A DNA stretch of 63,208 nt, the filler included, from Folioceros fuciformis (taxonomy: Eukaryota), in NCBI GenBank assembly GCA_049999805.1. It is 33 parts of 33 records of this genome, joined end to end, with 100 filler letters (N's around TTAATTAATTAA, not from the genome) between each part and the next. Parts side by side here need not be neighbours in the genome. Positions count along the whole stretch, not along the records: positions 48,331 to 50,153 come from JBNGIO010004257.1; positions 50,254 to 52,321 come from JBNGIO010004258.1; positions 52,422 to 54,281 come from JBNGIO010004259.1; positions 54,382 to 55,961 come from JBNGIO010004260.1; positions 56,062 to 57,547 come from JBNGIO010004261.1; positions 57,648 to 59,083 come from JBNGIO010004262.1; positions 59,184 to 61,299 come from JBNGIO010004263.1; 26 more parts are not named here. One strand, given 5' to 3'. The notes under the pieces are model-generated. The model was not told the origin of the DNA. It saw nothing but the letters and a program-made list of their open reading frames with translations, and did no database searches. Shown here in pieces: positions 49,296 to 61,299 of this stretch (its first letter is position 1; each line of letters starts with the position of its first letter). The translations under genes were made by a program, and so were the position numbers.

Positions 49296-49700
49296 TGTGA
49301 ACCTCCAAAGTTTGAGGTGGTGGTTTGTTTTGGTTAAAAAAAAGGTTAATAATGGTTTGGTTTGGTTTGGTTTTTTTTTTCTACTTATTTTATCTGATTC
49401 TCCTTTTATTTTTTGGTCTTTTTTCTAATTTTTTTTCTTGGTGTTAATTAAGTTAGTTGACAAGTAAATAATTGATTTGGTTATTATAGTGGGTATAGAT
49501 TTGGTCCCATGCTTGGAAAAGTTTAGGTCTGGTATCGGACCATACGGTCGAGAAGATTTGAATTTAGGTTTGGTCTTTAGTTTGGTAATAAGATTAACTT
49601 AAGTCAAATAGAATTAAATAATTAAATAATATTAAATAAGATATAAAAAATTAAATAATTATTTGAACTGTTTGCCTAGGAAGGGGAATATGGAGATGGC
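49296..49700. mobile_element. Diverged family A copy, reverse orientation (right boundary approximate)
   Basis: TGTGAACCTCCAAAGTTTGAGGTGGTGGTTTG... is collinear with the reverse complement of 8650-9010, with many substitutions. Confidence 0.75.
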
Positions 49701-50109
49701 AGGGATATGTAGGGTGTGGCAAAGTCTGGCTGGCAAGGGTGCAATATTAAGTAAGCAGCCATGAGGGTGTGGCAAAGTCTGGCTGGCATGGTTGCAATAT
49801 TGAGTAAGCAGCCATGAGGGTTACATCCTGGCTAGGGCAGAAATGTGGCCCAATCCCATCCTCATTCCTCAATTCCTCTTCCTTCCTCCATTTTCCTCTT
49901 GTCCCGTTTCCCGCTTCCTTTCCTCCTCTTCATTCTCAATCTTTCAGTCCCATTTCAAAACAGGCAAATATCTCACTTACTTCAAAAACAAGTCCAATGG
50001 GCCAATGGAATAGCACTCTGGTGATTATTTTTGGGCCGGACAACACCCTTGTGCATAACTATTTTTAATGAGTAGCTTACTGGCAGGCATTGACATGCCA
50101 ATGCTGCCT

Positions 50110-50153
50110 TGTGGAGGCAAAACCCCGGGCACTGATTGCCAACGGGTTCCACC
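50110..50153 (-). mobile_element. Gypsy LTR end of the family at 16364-16428, without PBS
   Basis: TGTGGAGGCAAAACCCCGGGCACTGATTGCCAACGGGTTCCACC matches 16364-16407 with 2 differences. Confidence 0.8.
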
Positions 50154-50903
50154 NNNNNNNNNNNNNNNNNNNNNNNNNNNNNNNNNNNNNNNNNNNNTTA
50201 ATTAATTAANNNNNNNNNNNNNNNNNNNNNNNNNNNNNNNNNNNNNNNNNNNNCTACGAGGCCCTGCCCAGTCGGGATTTCCCCGAGAGGCCAAGGACCC
50301 TGTGCTAAGCCCATGGAATTTTCCGGGTTTCGGATCCGACCACGCCCAGGGCGCAAGGATTGCCGACATCGGCGCGCAAGGATTGCTGAAGGATCGAGGA
50401 TCCTATCTGACGGCCATAAACCCATGCCGGAACTGGGATTTCTGCGATTCGGGGGGCTTCCCAAACGCTCCGAGGCAGGGCAGACCAGGGGGGACGGCGC
50501 CGGCCACGACACGGTCGGCACCGGCCGGGACCTTCCTCCGATGCGGGGACCCCGGAACGAGAAACGCCCCGGCGGATGAACACCGGGGCGCCGCGGGCTC
50601 GCGCCCGTAAAACCGCCGGTCGGGCCCGTGTTGTCGAGGCACACCCGGCCGGCTCCCCACCCACCGTCAGGAACGGAGAGGTGAATGAGACAGGCGTAAT
50701 CGATCGTCGAGTCGCGATCAACCCGGCGCCCGGCCGCCCGTCGTCAGGGCCGATAACGGGCCGCCGGTCGGCGACAGGCCGGACCCCGTCCGCGGGTGCG
50801 CGACGACCTCCACAGACAAGACGGAACCGATGCCTGGCGCGGCGTCCGTCGCGCCCGGTCCTCCAGCCATGCCCGGAGACGGGCGACACGGGACATTCCC
50901 ATC

Positions 50904-51282
50904 ATGACCGACGACATCAGCCGCGGCTCCCCCCGGGAGCCCGATCATCCCCCCATGCCCGAAACGGCCCCGGCCGCATCCCGGGCCGGGTGCCCGGCGG
51001 ACGGGTCCGTCCACGTATCCAGGTCGCGGAGCGCGAGGTACCACGTGATGGAGTTCCAGGCCGGCGGGCTGGCCTTCCGGGGCACGATTTACACCCCCGA
51101 TAGGGAACGGGCCGTGGAGATGGCCACCGTGGCCCACGCCGAGGCCAAGGCCCTCGCTGAGCGTCACACGCCCGACCGGTTCCGGCGGCTCTGCCGCCTC
51201 CTCGGTCGCGGCCGCTCGCCCGCCCGGGCCGAGAAGGCCGCCCTGTTGCGCCGGAACCGGGCGGCCTCGAAGCACCCCGACC
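50904..51282 (+). CDS. Hypothetical protein, 3'-truncated, on a high-GC bacterial-like contig (50254-51282; duplicate 51293-52321)
   Basis: MTDDISRG...YHVMEFQAGGLAFRGTIYTPDRERAVEMATVAHAEAKALAE has strong GC third-position bias; no recognisable family. Confidence 0.4.
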
Positions 51283-52622
51283 NNNNNNNNNNCTACGAGG
51301 CCCTGCCCAGTCGGGATTTCCCCGAGAGGCCAAGGACCCTGTGCTAAGCCCATGGAATTTTCCGGGTTTCGGATCCGACCACGCCCAGGGCGCAAGGATT
51401 GCCGACATCGGCGCGCAAGGATTGCTGAAGGATCGAGGATCCTATCTGACGGCCATAAACCCATGCCGGAACTGGGATTTCTGCGATTCGGGGGGCTTCC
51501 CAAACGCTCCGAGGCAGGGCAGACCAGGGGGGACGGCGCCGGCCACGACACGGTCGGCACCGGCCGGGACCTTCCTCCGATGCGGGGACCCCGGAACGAG
51601 AAACGCCCCGGCGGATGAACACCGGGGCGCCGCGGGCTCGCGCCCGTAAAACCGCCGGTCGGGCCCGTGTTGTCGAGGCACACCCGGCCGGCTCCCCACC
51701 CACCGTCAGGAACGGAGAGGTGAATGAGACAGGCGTAATCGATCGTCGAGTCGCGATCAACCCGGCGCCCGGCCGCCCGTCGTCAGGGCCGATAACGGGC
51801 CGCCGGTCGGCGACAGGCCGGACCCCGTCCGCGGGTGCGCGACGACCTCCACAGACAAGACGGAACCGATGCCTGGCGCGGCGTCCGTCGCGCCCGGTCC
51901 TCCAGCCATGCCCGGAGACGGGCGACACGGGACATTCCCATCATGACCGACGACATCAGCCGCGGCTCCCCCCGGGAGCCCGATCATCCCCCCATGCCCG
52001 AAACGGCCCCGGCCGCATCCCGGGCCGGGTGCCCGGCGGACGGGTCCGTCCACGTATCCAGGTCGCGGAGCGCGAGGTACCACGTGATGGAGTTCCAGGC
52101 CGGCGGGCTGGCCTTCCGGGGCACGATTTACACCCCCGATAGGGAACGGGCCGTGGAGATGGCCACCGTGGCCCACGCCGAGGCCAAGGCCCTCGCTGAG
52201 CGTCACACGCCCGACCGGTTCCGGCGGCTCTGCCGCCTCCTCGGTCGCGGCCGCTCGCCCGCCCGGGCCGAGAAGGCCGCCCTGTTGCGCCGGAACCGGG
52301 CGGCCTCGAAGCACCCCGACCNNNNNNNNNNNNNNNNNNNNNNNNNNNNNNNNNNNNNNNNNNNNTTAATTAATTAANNNNNNNNNNNNNNNNNNNNNNN
52401 NNNNNNNNNNNNNNNNNNNNNACACGTTTCTACACGAAATATATGTATGATAATACACCTTTTTATTATTCATATTATTAGTTATTTTGTGCTCTTGTCT
52501 TATAATTTAATAATTTTCATTTTTAAAAATTTATTCCGTTTTATTAATTATTAAATTAATTAATAAATTAAAAATGAAGACTCTACTCTACAGCTCTACT
52601 TAATCTAAGTTTGATTCAAAAT

Positions 52623-53346
52623 CTAAGTTTGATTCAAAGGAAAGAAGGCATGTAGCCGAAATAATTCACTCAGAACGCCCTTTAAAGGATTACGTGGTAC
52701 GATTGGATCGAATAAGCCCTTATGGAATAAATATTCAGCCACTTGTGAATCCTCGGGTACTGTCTTATTCAATGTTTGTTCAATTACTCTTTTACCCGCA
52801 AATGCAATGTAAGCGTTGGGTTCAGCAATAATGATATCTCCCAACATACCAAAACTAGCCGTCACCCCACCTGTGGTAGGGGATGTAAGGACTGCGACAT
52901 AAAATAACTTTTTATTTGATTGATAATCGTATAAAGCGGAAGATATTTTAGCCATTTGCATCAAGCTCAAACTTCCTTCTTGCATGCGTGCTCCTCCGGA
53001 AGCACACACTAGAATAAGAGGTAAAAGTTTATTGGTAGCATACTCAGCCAAACGTGTGATTTTTTCACCTACTACGGATCCCATACTACCCCCCATAAAC
53101 TGAAAATCCATAACCCCAATTGCTACGGGAATGCCATTTAATTGACCTGTGCCTGTTTGAACAGCCTCAGTTAATCCTGTATTTTTTTGATAAGAATCAA
53201 TACGATCCTTATAAGGTTCCTCCTCCGAATGAAATTGAATGGGATCCAGAGAGACCATGTCTTCATTCATAGGATCCCAAGTACCTGGATCAATCGAACT
53301 TTCGATTCTATCGAAACTACTCATTTTCAAATGACATCCACACTGT
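52623..53346 (-). CDS. accD: Plastid acetyl-CoA carboxylase carboxyltransferase beta subunit, 3' part
   Basis: [69 protein letters not shown]; intact to the stop. Confidence 0.97.
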
Positions 53347-53557
53347 NNNNNNNNNNACACGTTTCTACACGAAATATATGTATGATAATACACCTTTTTA
53401 TTATTCATATTATTAGTTATTTTGTGCTCTTGTCTTATAATTTAATAATTTTCATTTTTAAAAATTTATTCCGTTTTATTAATTATTAAATTAATTAATA
53501 AATTAAAAATGAAGACTCTACTCTACAGCTCTACTTAATCTAAGTTTGATTCAAAAT

Positions 53558-54281
53558 CTAAGTTTGATTCAAAGGAAAGAAGGCATGTAGCCGAAATAAT
53601 TCACTCAGAACGCCCTTTAAAGGATTACGTGGTACGATTGGATCGAATAAGCCCTTATGGAATAAATATTCAGCCACTTGTGAATCCTCGGGTACTGTCT
53701 TATTCAATGTTTGTTCAATTACTCTTTTACCCGCAAATGCAATGTAAGCGTTGGGTTCAGCAATAATGATATCTCCCAACATACCAAAACTAGCCGTCAC
53801 CCCACCTGTGGTAGGGGATGTAAGGACTGCGACATAAAATAACTTTTTATTTGATTGATAATCGTATAAAGCGGAAGATATTTTAGCCATTTGCATCAAG
53901 CTCAAACTTCCTTCTTGCATGCGTGCTCCTCCGGAAGCACACACTAGAATAAGAGGTAAAAGTTTATTGGTAGCATACTCAGCCAAACGTGTGATTTTTT
54001 CACCTACTACGGATCCCATACTACCCCCCATAAACTGAAAATCCATAACCCCAATTGCTACGGGAATGCCATTTAATTGACCTGTGCCTGTTTGAACAGC
54101 CTCAGTTAATCCTGTATTTTTTTGATAAGAATCAATACGATCCTTATAAGGTTCCTCCTCCGAATGAAATTGAATGGGATCCAGAGAGACCATGTCTTCA
54201 TTCATAGGATCCCAAGTACCTGGATCAATCGAACTTTCGATTCTATCGAAACTACTCATTTTCAAATGACATCCACACTGT
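53558..54281 (-). CDS. accD: Exact duplicate of the accD fragment
   Basis: Identical to 52623-53346. Confidence 0.93.
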
Positions 54282-54381
54282 NNNNNNNNNNNNNNNNNNN
54301 NNNNNNNNNNNNNNNNNNNNNNNNNTTAATTAATTAANNNNNNNNNNNNNNNNNNNNNNNNNNNNNNNNNNNNNNNNNNNN

Positions 54382-54448
54382 TAAGTGGGTATAGGAAGTC
54401 ATGTTGCTGAGATCTATATAATTCTAAATATCCTTGAAATTCTTCCAT
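54382..54448 (-). CDS. matK: Plastid maturase K, first 22 codons; duplicate 55177-55243
   Basis: ATG at 54448 reads MEEFQGYLELYRSQQHDFLYPL, the angiosperm matK N-terminus. Confidence 0.92.
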
Positions 54449-55166
54449 TTAAAATTCAATTTGAATCAGAAAAGAAATAGGTGATTTATTGGGTTATCAA
54501 ATGATCCGTAGTACGATACAGTCAAAACAAGGTATTTATATTATAGTAAGAAAAAATTAGATACCTCGGAAACAAGTCAAACTCATCAACGGACTCTCCA
54601 GACCCTCCCTTTCCATATAATAGATTTATGTTCATTTATAGGATAACAAGATAGTTAGAAGCCCTTTATTTTATCAATCCAATCGCTCTTTTGATTTTGA
54701 AAAAAAAAAATCTCTTTATCAATATACTGCCTTCTTCTACACATTTATCTCTACCCCATAAAGGGGAATAGCTAATAGTTAGGATTCATAAGAAATTTCT
54801 AATCCACTCATCGGAAAAGCTTTTCCCGCATCAAGCACTAATATATTTTTAACGTCTAATTAGATGGGGTAATCATTCAAAAATGAAGAACAGAAGCTCG
54901 TTACTTTTTATTTCCCTAGAATTGGAACCTCTAGTAAGGCTCTACCCATTTATTCATTCGACCCCCCCAAAAAATTCTTTTTTTTTTTTTATTGAATTTA
55001 AACAATTGAAATAAGATTTTGGACCTATTCAGTAAGAATGAAATATTCTCAGAATTATCCTACGACATGCTGCTTTTTCCATTCATTCCTTTCAGGATCA
55101 GTCGTGGTCTTACAAACTCTACCGATGGTATGGACGAATCTGTTGCTTCATACAAATGTGTAAAAG
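54449..55166 (-). other. trnK: 5' part of the plastid trnK-UUU group II intron; duplicate 55244-55961
   Basis: Conserved GATTCGTCCATACCATCGGTAGAGTTTGTAAGACCACGACTGATCCTGAAAGG block directly upstream of matK. Confidence 0.88.
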
Positions 55167-57647
55167 NNNNNNNNNNTAAGTGGGTATAGGAAGTCATGTT
55201 GCTGAGATCTATATAATTCTAAATATCCTTGAAATTCTTCCATTTAAAATTCAATTTGAATCAGAAAAGAAATAGGTGATTTATTGGGTTATCAAATGAT
55301 CCGTAGTACGATACAGTCAAAACAAGGTATTTATATTATAGTAAGAAAAAATTAGATACCTCGGAAACAAGTCAAACTCATCAACGGACTCTCCAGACCC
55401 TCCCTTTCCATATAATAGATTTATGTTCATTTATAGGATAACAAGATAGTTAGAAGCCCTTTATTTTATCAATCCAATCGCTCTTTTGATTTTGAAAAAA
55501 AAAAATCTCTTTATCAATATACTGCCTTCTTCTACACATTTATCTCTACCCCATAAAGGGGAATAGCTAATAGTTAGGATTCATAAGAAATTTCTAATCC
55601 ACTCATCGGAAAAGCTTTTCCCGCATCAAGCACTAATATATTTTTAACGTCTAATTAGATGGGGTAATCATTCAAAAATGAAGAACAGAAGCTCGTTACT
55701 TTTTATTTCCCTAGAATTGGAACCTCTAGTAAGGCTCTACCCATTTATTCATTCGACCCCCCCAAAAAATTCTTTTTTTTTTTTTATTGAATTTAAACAA
55801 TTGAAATAAGATTTTGGACCTATTCAGTAAGAATGAAATATTCTCAGAATTATCCTACGACATGCTGCTTTTTCCATTCATTCCTTTCAGGATCAGTCGT
55901 GGTCTTACAAACTCTACCGATGGTATGGACGAATCTGTTGCTTCATACAAATGTGTAAAAGNNNNNNNNNNNNNNNNNNNNNNNNNNNNNNNNNNNNNNN
56001 NNNNNTTAATTAATTAANNNNNNNNNNNNNNNNNNNNNNNNNNNNNNNNNNNNNNNNNNNNTAGCTAAGCTAAGAGGCTCTTAATGTTAGAGGGCTTTTT
56101 ATTAAAATTCATTTTTAATGTAATAAATATTAGTTATAAATTATATGTATTTTATTATTTTTATATGAGATAATATATCTCTTCACAGTATTTAACTCAT
56201 ATGATATAGTATGAAATATTCTCACCCGAGTTTGAAACAAATCTCTCTACTATTTAAAGTGTGCCATATAAATACGAGAAAGAAACTCTTTACTACCTGG
56301 GGCTAGTCCCCTATGTTCTCCATTCCTTTGTAGTTATTCCTCCTCATCTATTTTTGTAGTGGATAGATTTTCTATTTCTTTTTCAAATGAATAACATAAA
56401 TTCGAATCAATTTGGTCGATCCTTGTATTTAGTGATTAATAAAGATGTTAGGCATACCGATCTACCCTAGTTAATATAGCTACTACACTCTCTATTGCTT
56501 AGCAAGGTGTTTTTTGCTTATCGGTTGGCCATTAAGAAATGATAACTAAGTTATAAAATTATATAATTCAAACAACTATATAAATTGCCAAAAAAAAAAT
56601 ATTTATGAGACATCAATTCTACCAACATAATTTATTTCAAAAATAACTAAATAGAGAATTCATGATAAACCCATATTAGAGGATCAATGTTATAAGTATA
56701 ATCAAGCAAAAAAAAAAAAGTAGTAGTATAAAGTTTTGATATAGCATTTCATATTATATTTGAAAGCATGAGCTACTCTAGTTCGGTTCTCATCTCTTTN
56801 NNNNNNNNNTAGCTAAGCTAAGAGGCTCTTAATGTTAGAGGGCTTTTTATTAAAATTCATTTTTAATGTAATAAATATTAGTTATAAATTATATGTATTT
56901 TATTATTTTTATATGAGATAATATATCTCTTCACAGTATTTAACTCATATGATATAGTATGAAATATTCTCACCCGAGTTTGAAACAAATCTCTCTACTA
57001 TTTAAAGTGTGCCATATAAATACGAGAAAGAAACTCTTTACTACCTGGGGCTAGTCCCCTATGTTCTCCATTCCTTTGTAGTTATTCCTCCTCATCTATT
57101 TTTGTAGTGGATAGATTTTCTATTTCTTTTTCAAATGAATAACATAAATTCGAATCAATTTGGTCGATCCTTGTATTTAGTGATTAATAAAGATGTTAGG
57201 CATACCGATCTACCCTAGTTAATATAGCTACTACACTCTCTATTGCTTAGCAAGGTGTTTTTTGCTTATCGGTTGGCCATTAAGAAATGATAACTAAGTT
57301 ATAAAATTATATAATTCAAACAACTATATAAATTGCCAAAAAAAAAATATTTATGAGACATCAATTCTACCAACATAATTTATTTCAAAAATAACTAAAT
57401 AGAGAATTCATGATAAACCCATATTAGAGGATCAATGTTATAAGTATAATCAAGCAAAAAAAAAAAAGTAGTAGTATAAAGTTTTGATATAGCATTTCAT
57501 ATTATATTTGAAAGCATGAGCTACTCTAGTTCGGTTCTCATCTCTTTNNNNNNNNNNNNNNNNNNNNNNNNNNNNNNNNNNNNNNNNNNNNTTAATTAAT
57601 TAANNNNNNNNNNNNNNNNNNNNNNNNNNNNNNNNNNNNNNNNNNNN

Positions 57648-58360
57648 GTCCCAGGACCAATCGCCAAGGTCCGGCGTGGGTGCCCCTATCTCGACTATGC
57701 CGGCGGCGTTCAGGGGTAGCATCGCCCCCTCGCGACGGACAAGGGAAGAGAGAACGAAGGCGGTCTCTGTGCCGTCGAAGTCGAGCCGGCTCCAGACGTC
57801 GCCTTTATCGAGGAGGGCGAGGTCATAGGACTTGACGAGCGCTCGGATCTCGAAGGCCGTGAAGCCATCGGAGACCGTCTCGACCAATGCCGTAGTTCCC
57901 GACAACGGAAGCGAGGCCGTAAAGTCGGCCAGGGAGGCATCGGCCCCGGGCGACCGGCGGTCCGGAGATACGCCGTCCCATGCCGGCGTCCGTCGCTCGA
58001 TCGGATCCCCGACGATCCCGAAAACGCCGTAGGCGGTACGCACGGCCCGGTCGTCCTCGGCGACGATGCCCCGCAGCCGGTGGCGGATCTCGGCATCGGC
58101 ACGCTGGCGGCGGCGCTCCTCGGGCGTCCGGTCGGCCTCGGCCGCAGGATCGCGCTGGCGGGTCAGAAGGCCATCGGCGATGGATACCGCGAAAGCGGGC
58201 GGGACTGCGTCTTTAAGGGGAGCGAGCGTCGCGTCGAAGGCCGCACGGAGCATCGCGACGGTCCGCTCCGGATCGCCGGCATGGCGCAGGGCGAAGCAGA
58301 TCCGCTGCTCCTTGGAGTCGACGATCGCCGGCTTCGCGCGCAGGGTCAGGGGCGCAGCCG
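57648..58360 (-). CDS. Internal fragment of a high-GC bacterial hypothetical protein; duplicate 58371-59083
   Basis: Open across the whole 713-nt contig with a protein-like composition; no family recognised. Confidence 0.65.
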
Positions 58361-59281
58361 NNNNNNNNNNGTCCCAGGACCAATCGCCAAGGTCCGGCGT
58401 GGGTGCCCCTATCTCGACTATGCCGGCGGCGTTCAGGGGTAGCATCGCCCCCTCGCGACGGACAAGGGAAGAGAGAACGAAGGCGGTCTCTGTGCCGTCG
58501 AAGTCGAGCCGGCTCCAGACGTCGCCTTTATCGAGGAGGGCGAGGTCATAGGACTTGACGAGCGCTCGGATCTCGAAGGCCGTGAAGCCATCGGAGACCG
58601 TCTCGACCAATGCCGTAGTTCCCGACAACGGAAGCGAGGCCGTAAAGTCGGCCAGGGAGGCATCGGCCCCGGGCGACCGGCGGTCCGGAGATACGCCGTC
58701 CCATGCCGGCGTCCGTCGCTCGATCGGATCCCCGACGATCCCGAAAACGCCGTAGGCGGTACGCACGGCCCGGTCGTCCTCGGCGACGATGCCCCGCAGC
58801 CGGTGGCGGATCTCGGCATCGGCACGCTGGCGGCGGCGCTCCTCGGGCGTCCGGTCGGCCTCGGCCGCAGGATCGCGCTGGCGGGTCAGAAGGCCATCGG
58901 CGATGGATACCGCGAAAGCGGGCGGGACTGCGTCTTTAAGGGGAGCGAGCGTCGCGTCGAAGGCCGCACGGAGCATCGCGACGGTCCGCTCCGGATCGCC
59001 GGCATGGCGCAGGGCGAAGCAGATCCGCTGCTCCTTGGAGTCGACGATCGCCGGCTTCGCGCGCAGGGTCAGGGGCGCAGCCGNNNNNNNNNNNNNNNNN
59101 NNNNNNNNNNNNNNNNNNNNNNNNNNNTTAATTAATTAANNNNNNNNNNNNNNNNNNNNNNNNNNNNNNNNNNNNNNNNNNNNTAGCCTGTAGACACGAC
59201 TTGGTGGCAGCTTGCACGATTGGAATACTAACATCCTAAACTAAGAGTTGATTTATACTAAAAATTTGAAAAGTCCTTACT

Positions 59282-60236
59282 TCACACCTTGTATTCCTTG
59301 CATCGGCTCCCATTGGTCCGGGTTGGAAAATCTATGCCGTTGATTGTTTTCAACTGTACCGAATTGTTGGGGAAGACCTCCTTAATAATGTAGGGTCCAG
59401 TCCATAATGCATCAAACTTGGCGGGGAACTCCAACCTCCGCGCATCTTGCACCATTACCCACATGCCGGGGAAAAGAGTGCGCGCCTTGTTGCGTTTGTC
59501 AAAGGTAACCTTGCGACGCCTCTGAATGACTTCCACATGTTGAGAGGCCATCTGACGTGCCTCATCGAGAGCCTCCAATCGCGCTAAGCGGTCTTTAAGT
59601 GATTGAGATGTATCCAACCGCTCATCGATAGCAATGCGTAACGACATGACCTCAAATTCAATGGGTAAGATTGCCTCCACTCCATACATGAGGGCAAAGG
59701 GTGTTGCCCGGGTGGTCACCTTGTATGTAGTTCGGTATGCCCACAATGCTGCAGTTAGCTTGATGTCCCAATCGCGCTTAGAGTCTACTACTGTCTTGCG
59801 AAGGATGCGCACTAACGTTTGGTTGACACGTTCTGTCATCCCATTTGTTTGAGGGTGATAAGGAGTGGTCTTCCGATGGTTGATCCTGAATAACTCTGTC
59901 ATCTCCTCTATGGTGTCATTCAAAAAGTGGGTGCCCCTATCGCTGATTAGTATTTTTGGGCATCCAAATCGAGCAATGATGTTTTCATACAGGAAGATAG
60001 CAGTCTGCTTAGCATCTGCCTGTTTCAAAGCCTTGGCTTCTGCCCACTTGGTCAAGTATTCTGTGGCAACTATGATATATTGGTTTTGCCTTGAAGAAGC
60101 AGGGTTGATCGGTCCAACATAGTCAATGCCCCATTTTTCTAAGGGTGCTATAGGCAAAGAAGGATTTAAGGGTAAATCCATGTGAAGGTCATTTCGAGCA
60201 TACCTCTGACATGCGTCACATTTCTTCACATGTGCC
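59282..60236 (-). CDS. pol: Ty3/Gypsy integrase (pol C-terminus), uninterrupted
   Basis: CDACQ Zn motif, WGIDYVGP / LISDRGTHF / NGMTERVN (D,D35E), WTGPYII (GPY/F); no chromodomain; stop at 59282. Confidence 0.95.
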
Positions 60237-60344
60237 NNNNNNNNNNTAGCCTGTAGACACGACTTGGTGGCAGCTTGCACGATTGGAATACTAACATCCT
60301 AAACTAAGAGTTGATTTATACTAAAAATTTGAAAAGTCCTTACT

Positions 60345-61299
60345 TCACACCTTGTATTCCTTGCATCGGCTCCCATTGGTCCGGGTTGGAAAATCTATGC
60401 CGTTGATTGTTTTCAACTGTACCGAATTGTTGGGGAAGACCTCCTTAATAATGTAGGGTCCAGTCCATAATGCATCAAACTTGGCGGGGAACTCCAACCT
60501 CCGCGCATCTTGCACCATTACCCACATGCCGGGGAAAAGAGTGCGCGCCTTGTTGCGTTTGTCAAAGGTAACCTTGCGACGCCTCTGAATGACTTCCACA
60601 TGTTGAGAGGCCATCTGACGTGCCTCATCGAGAGCCTCCAATCGCGCTAAGCGGTCTTTAAGTGATTGAGATGTATCCAACCGCTCATCGATAGCAATGC
60701 GTAACGACATGACCTCAAATTCAATGGGTAAGATTGCCTCCACTCCATACATGAGGGCAAAGGGTGTTGCCCGGGTGGTCACCTTGTATGTAGTTCGGTA
60801 TGCCCACAATGCTGCAGTTAGCTTGATGTCCCAATCGCGCTTAGAGTCTACTACTGTCTTGCGAAGGATGCGCACTAACGTTTGGTTGACACGTTCTGTC
60901 ATCCCATTTGTTTGAGGGTGATAAGGAGTGGTCTTCCGATGGTTGATCCTGAATAACTCTGTCATCTCCTCTATGGTGTCATTCAAAAAGTGGGTGCCCC
61001 TATCGCTGATTAGTATTTTTGGGCATCCAAATCGAGCAATGATGTTTTCATACAGGAAGATAGCAGTCTGCTTAGCATCTGCCTGTTTCAAAGCCTTGGC
61101 TTCTGCCCACTTGGTCAAGTATTCTGTGGCAACTATGATATATTGGTTTTGCCTTGAAGAAGCAGGGTTGATCGGTCCAACATAGTCAATGCCCCATTTT
61201 TCTAAGGGTGCTATAGGCAAAGAAGGATTTAAGGGTAAATCCATGTGAAGGTCATTTCGAGCATACCTCTGACATGCGTCACATTTCTTCACATGTGCC
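60345..61299 (-). CDS. pol: Exact duplicate of the integrase fragment
   Basis: Identical to 59282-60236. Confidence 0.9.

Noticed and set aside
57600-58976. 458-aa internally repeated protein (also the 416-aa ORF 44533-45783 and the 341/342-aa ORFs at 41027 and 41850)
   Set aside because: These read through N gaps between duplicated contigs; the repetition is artefactual.
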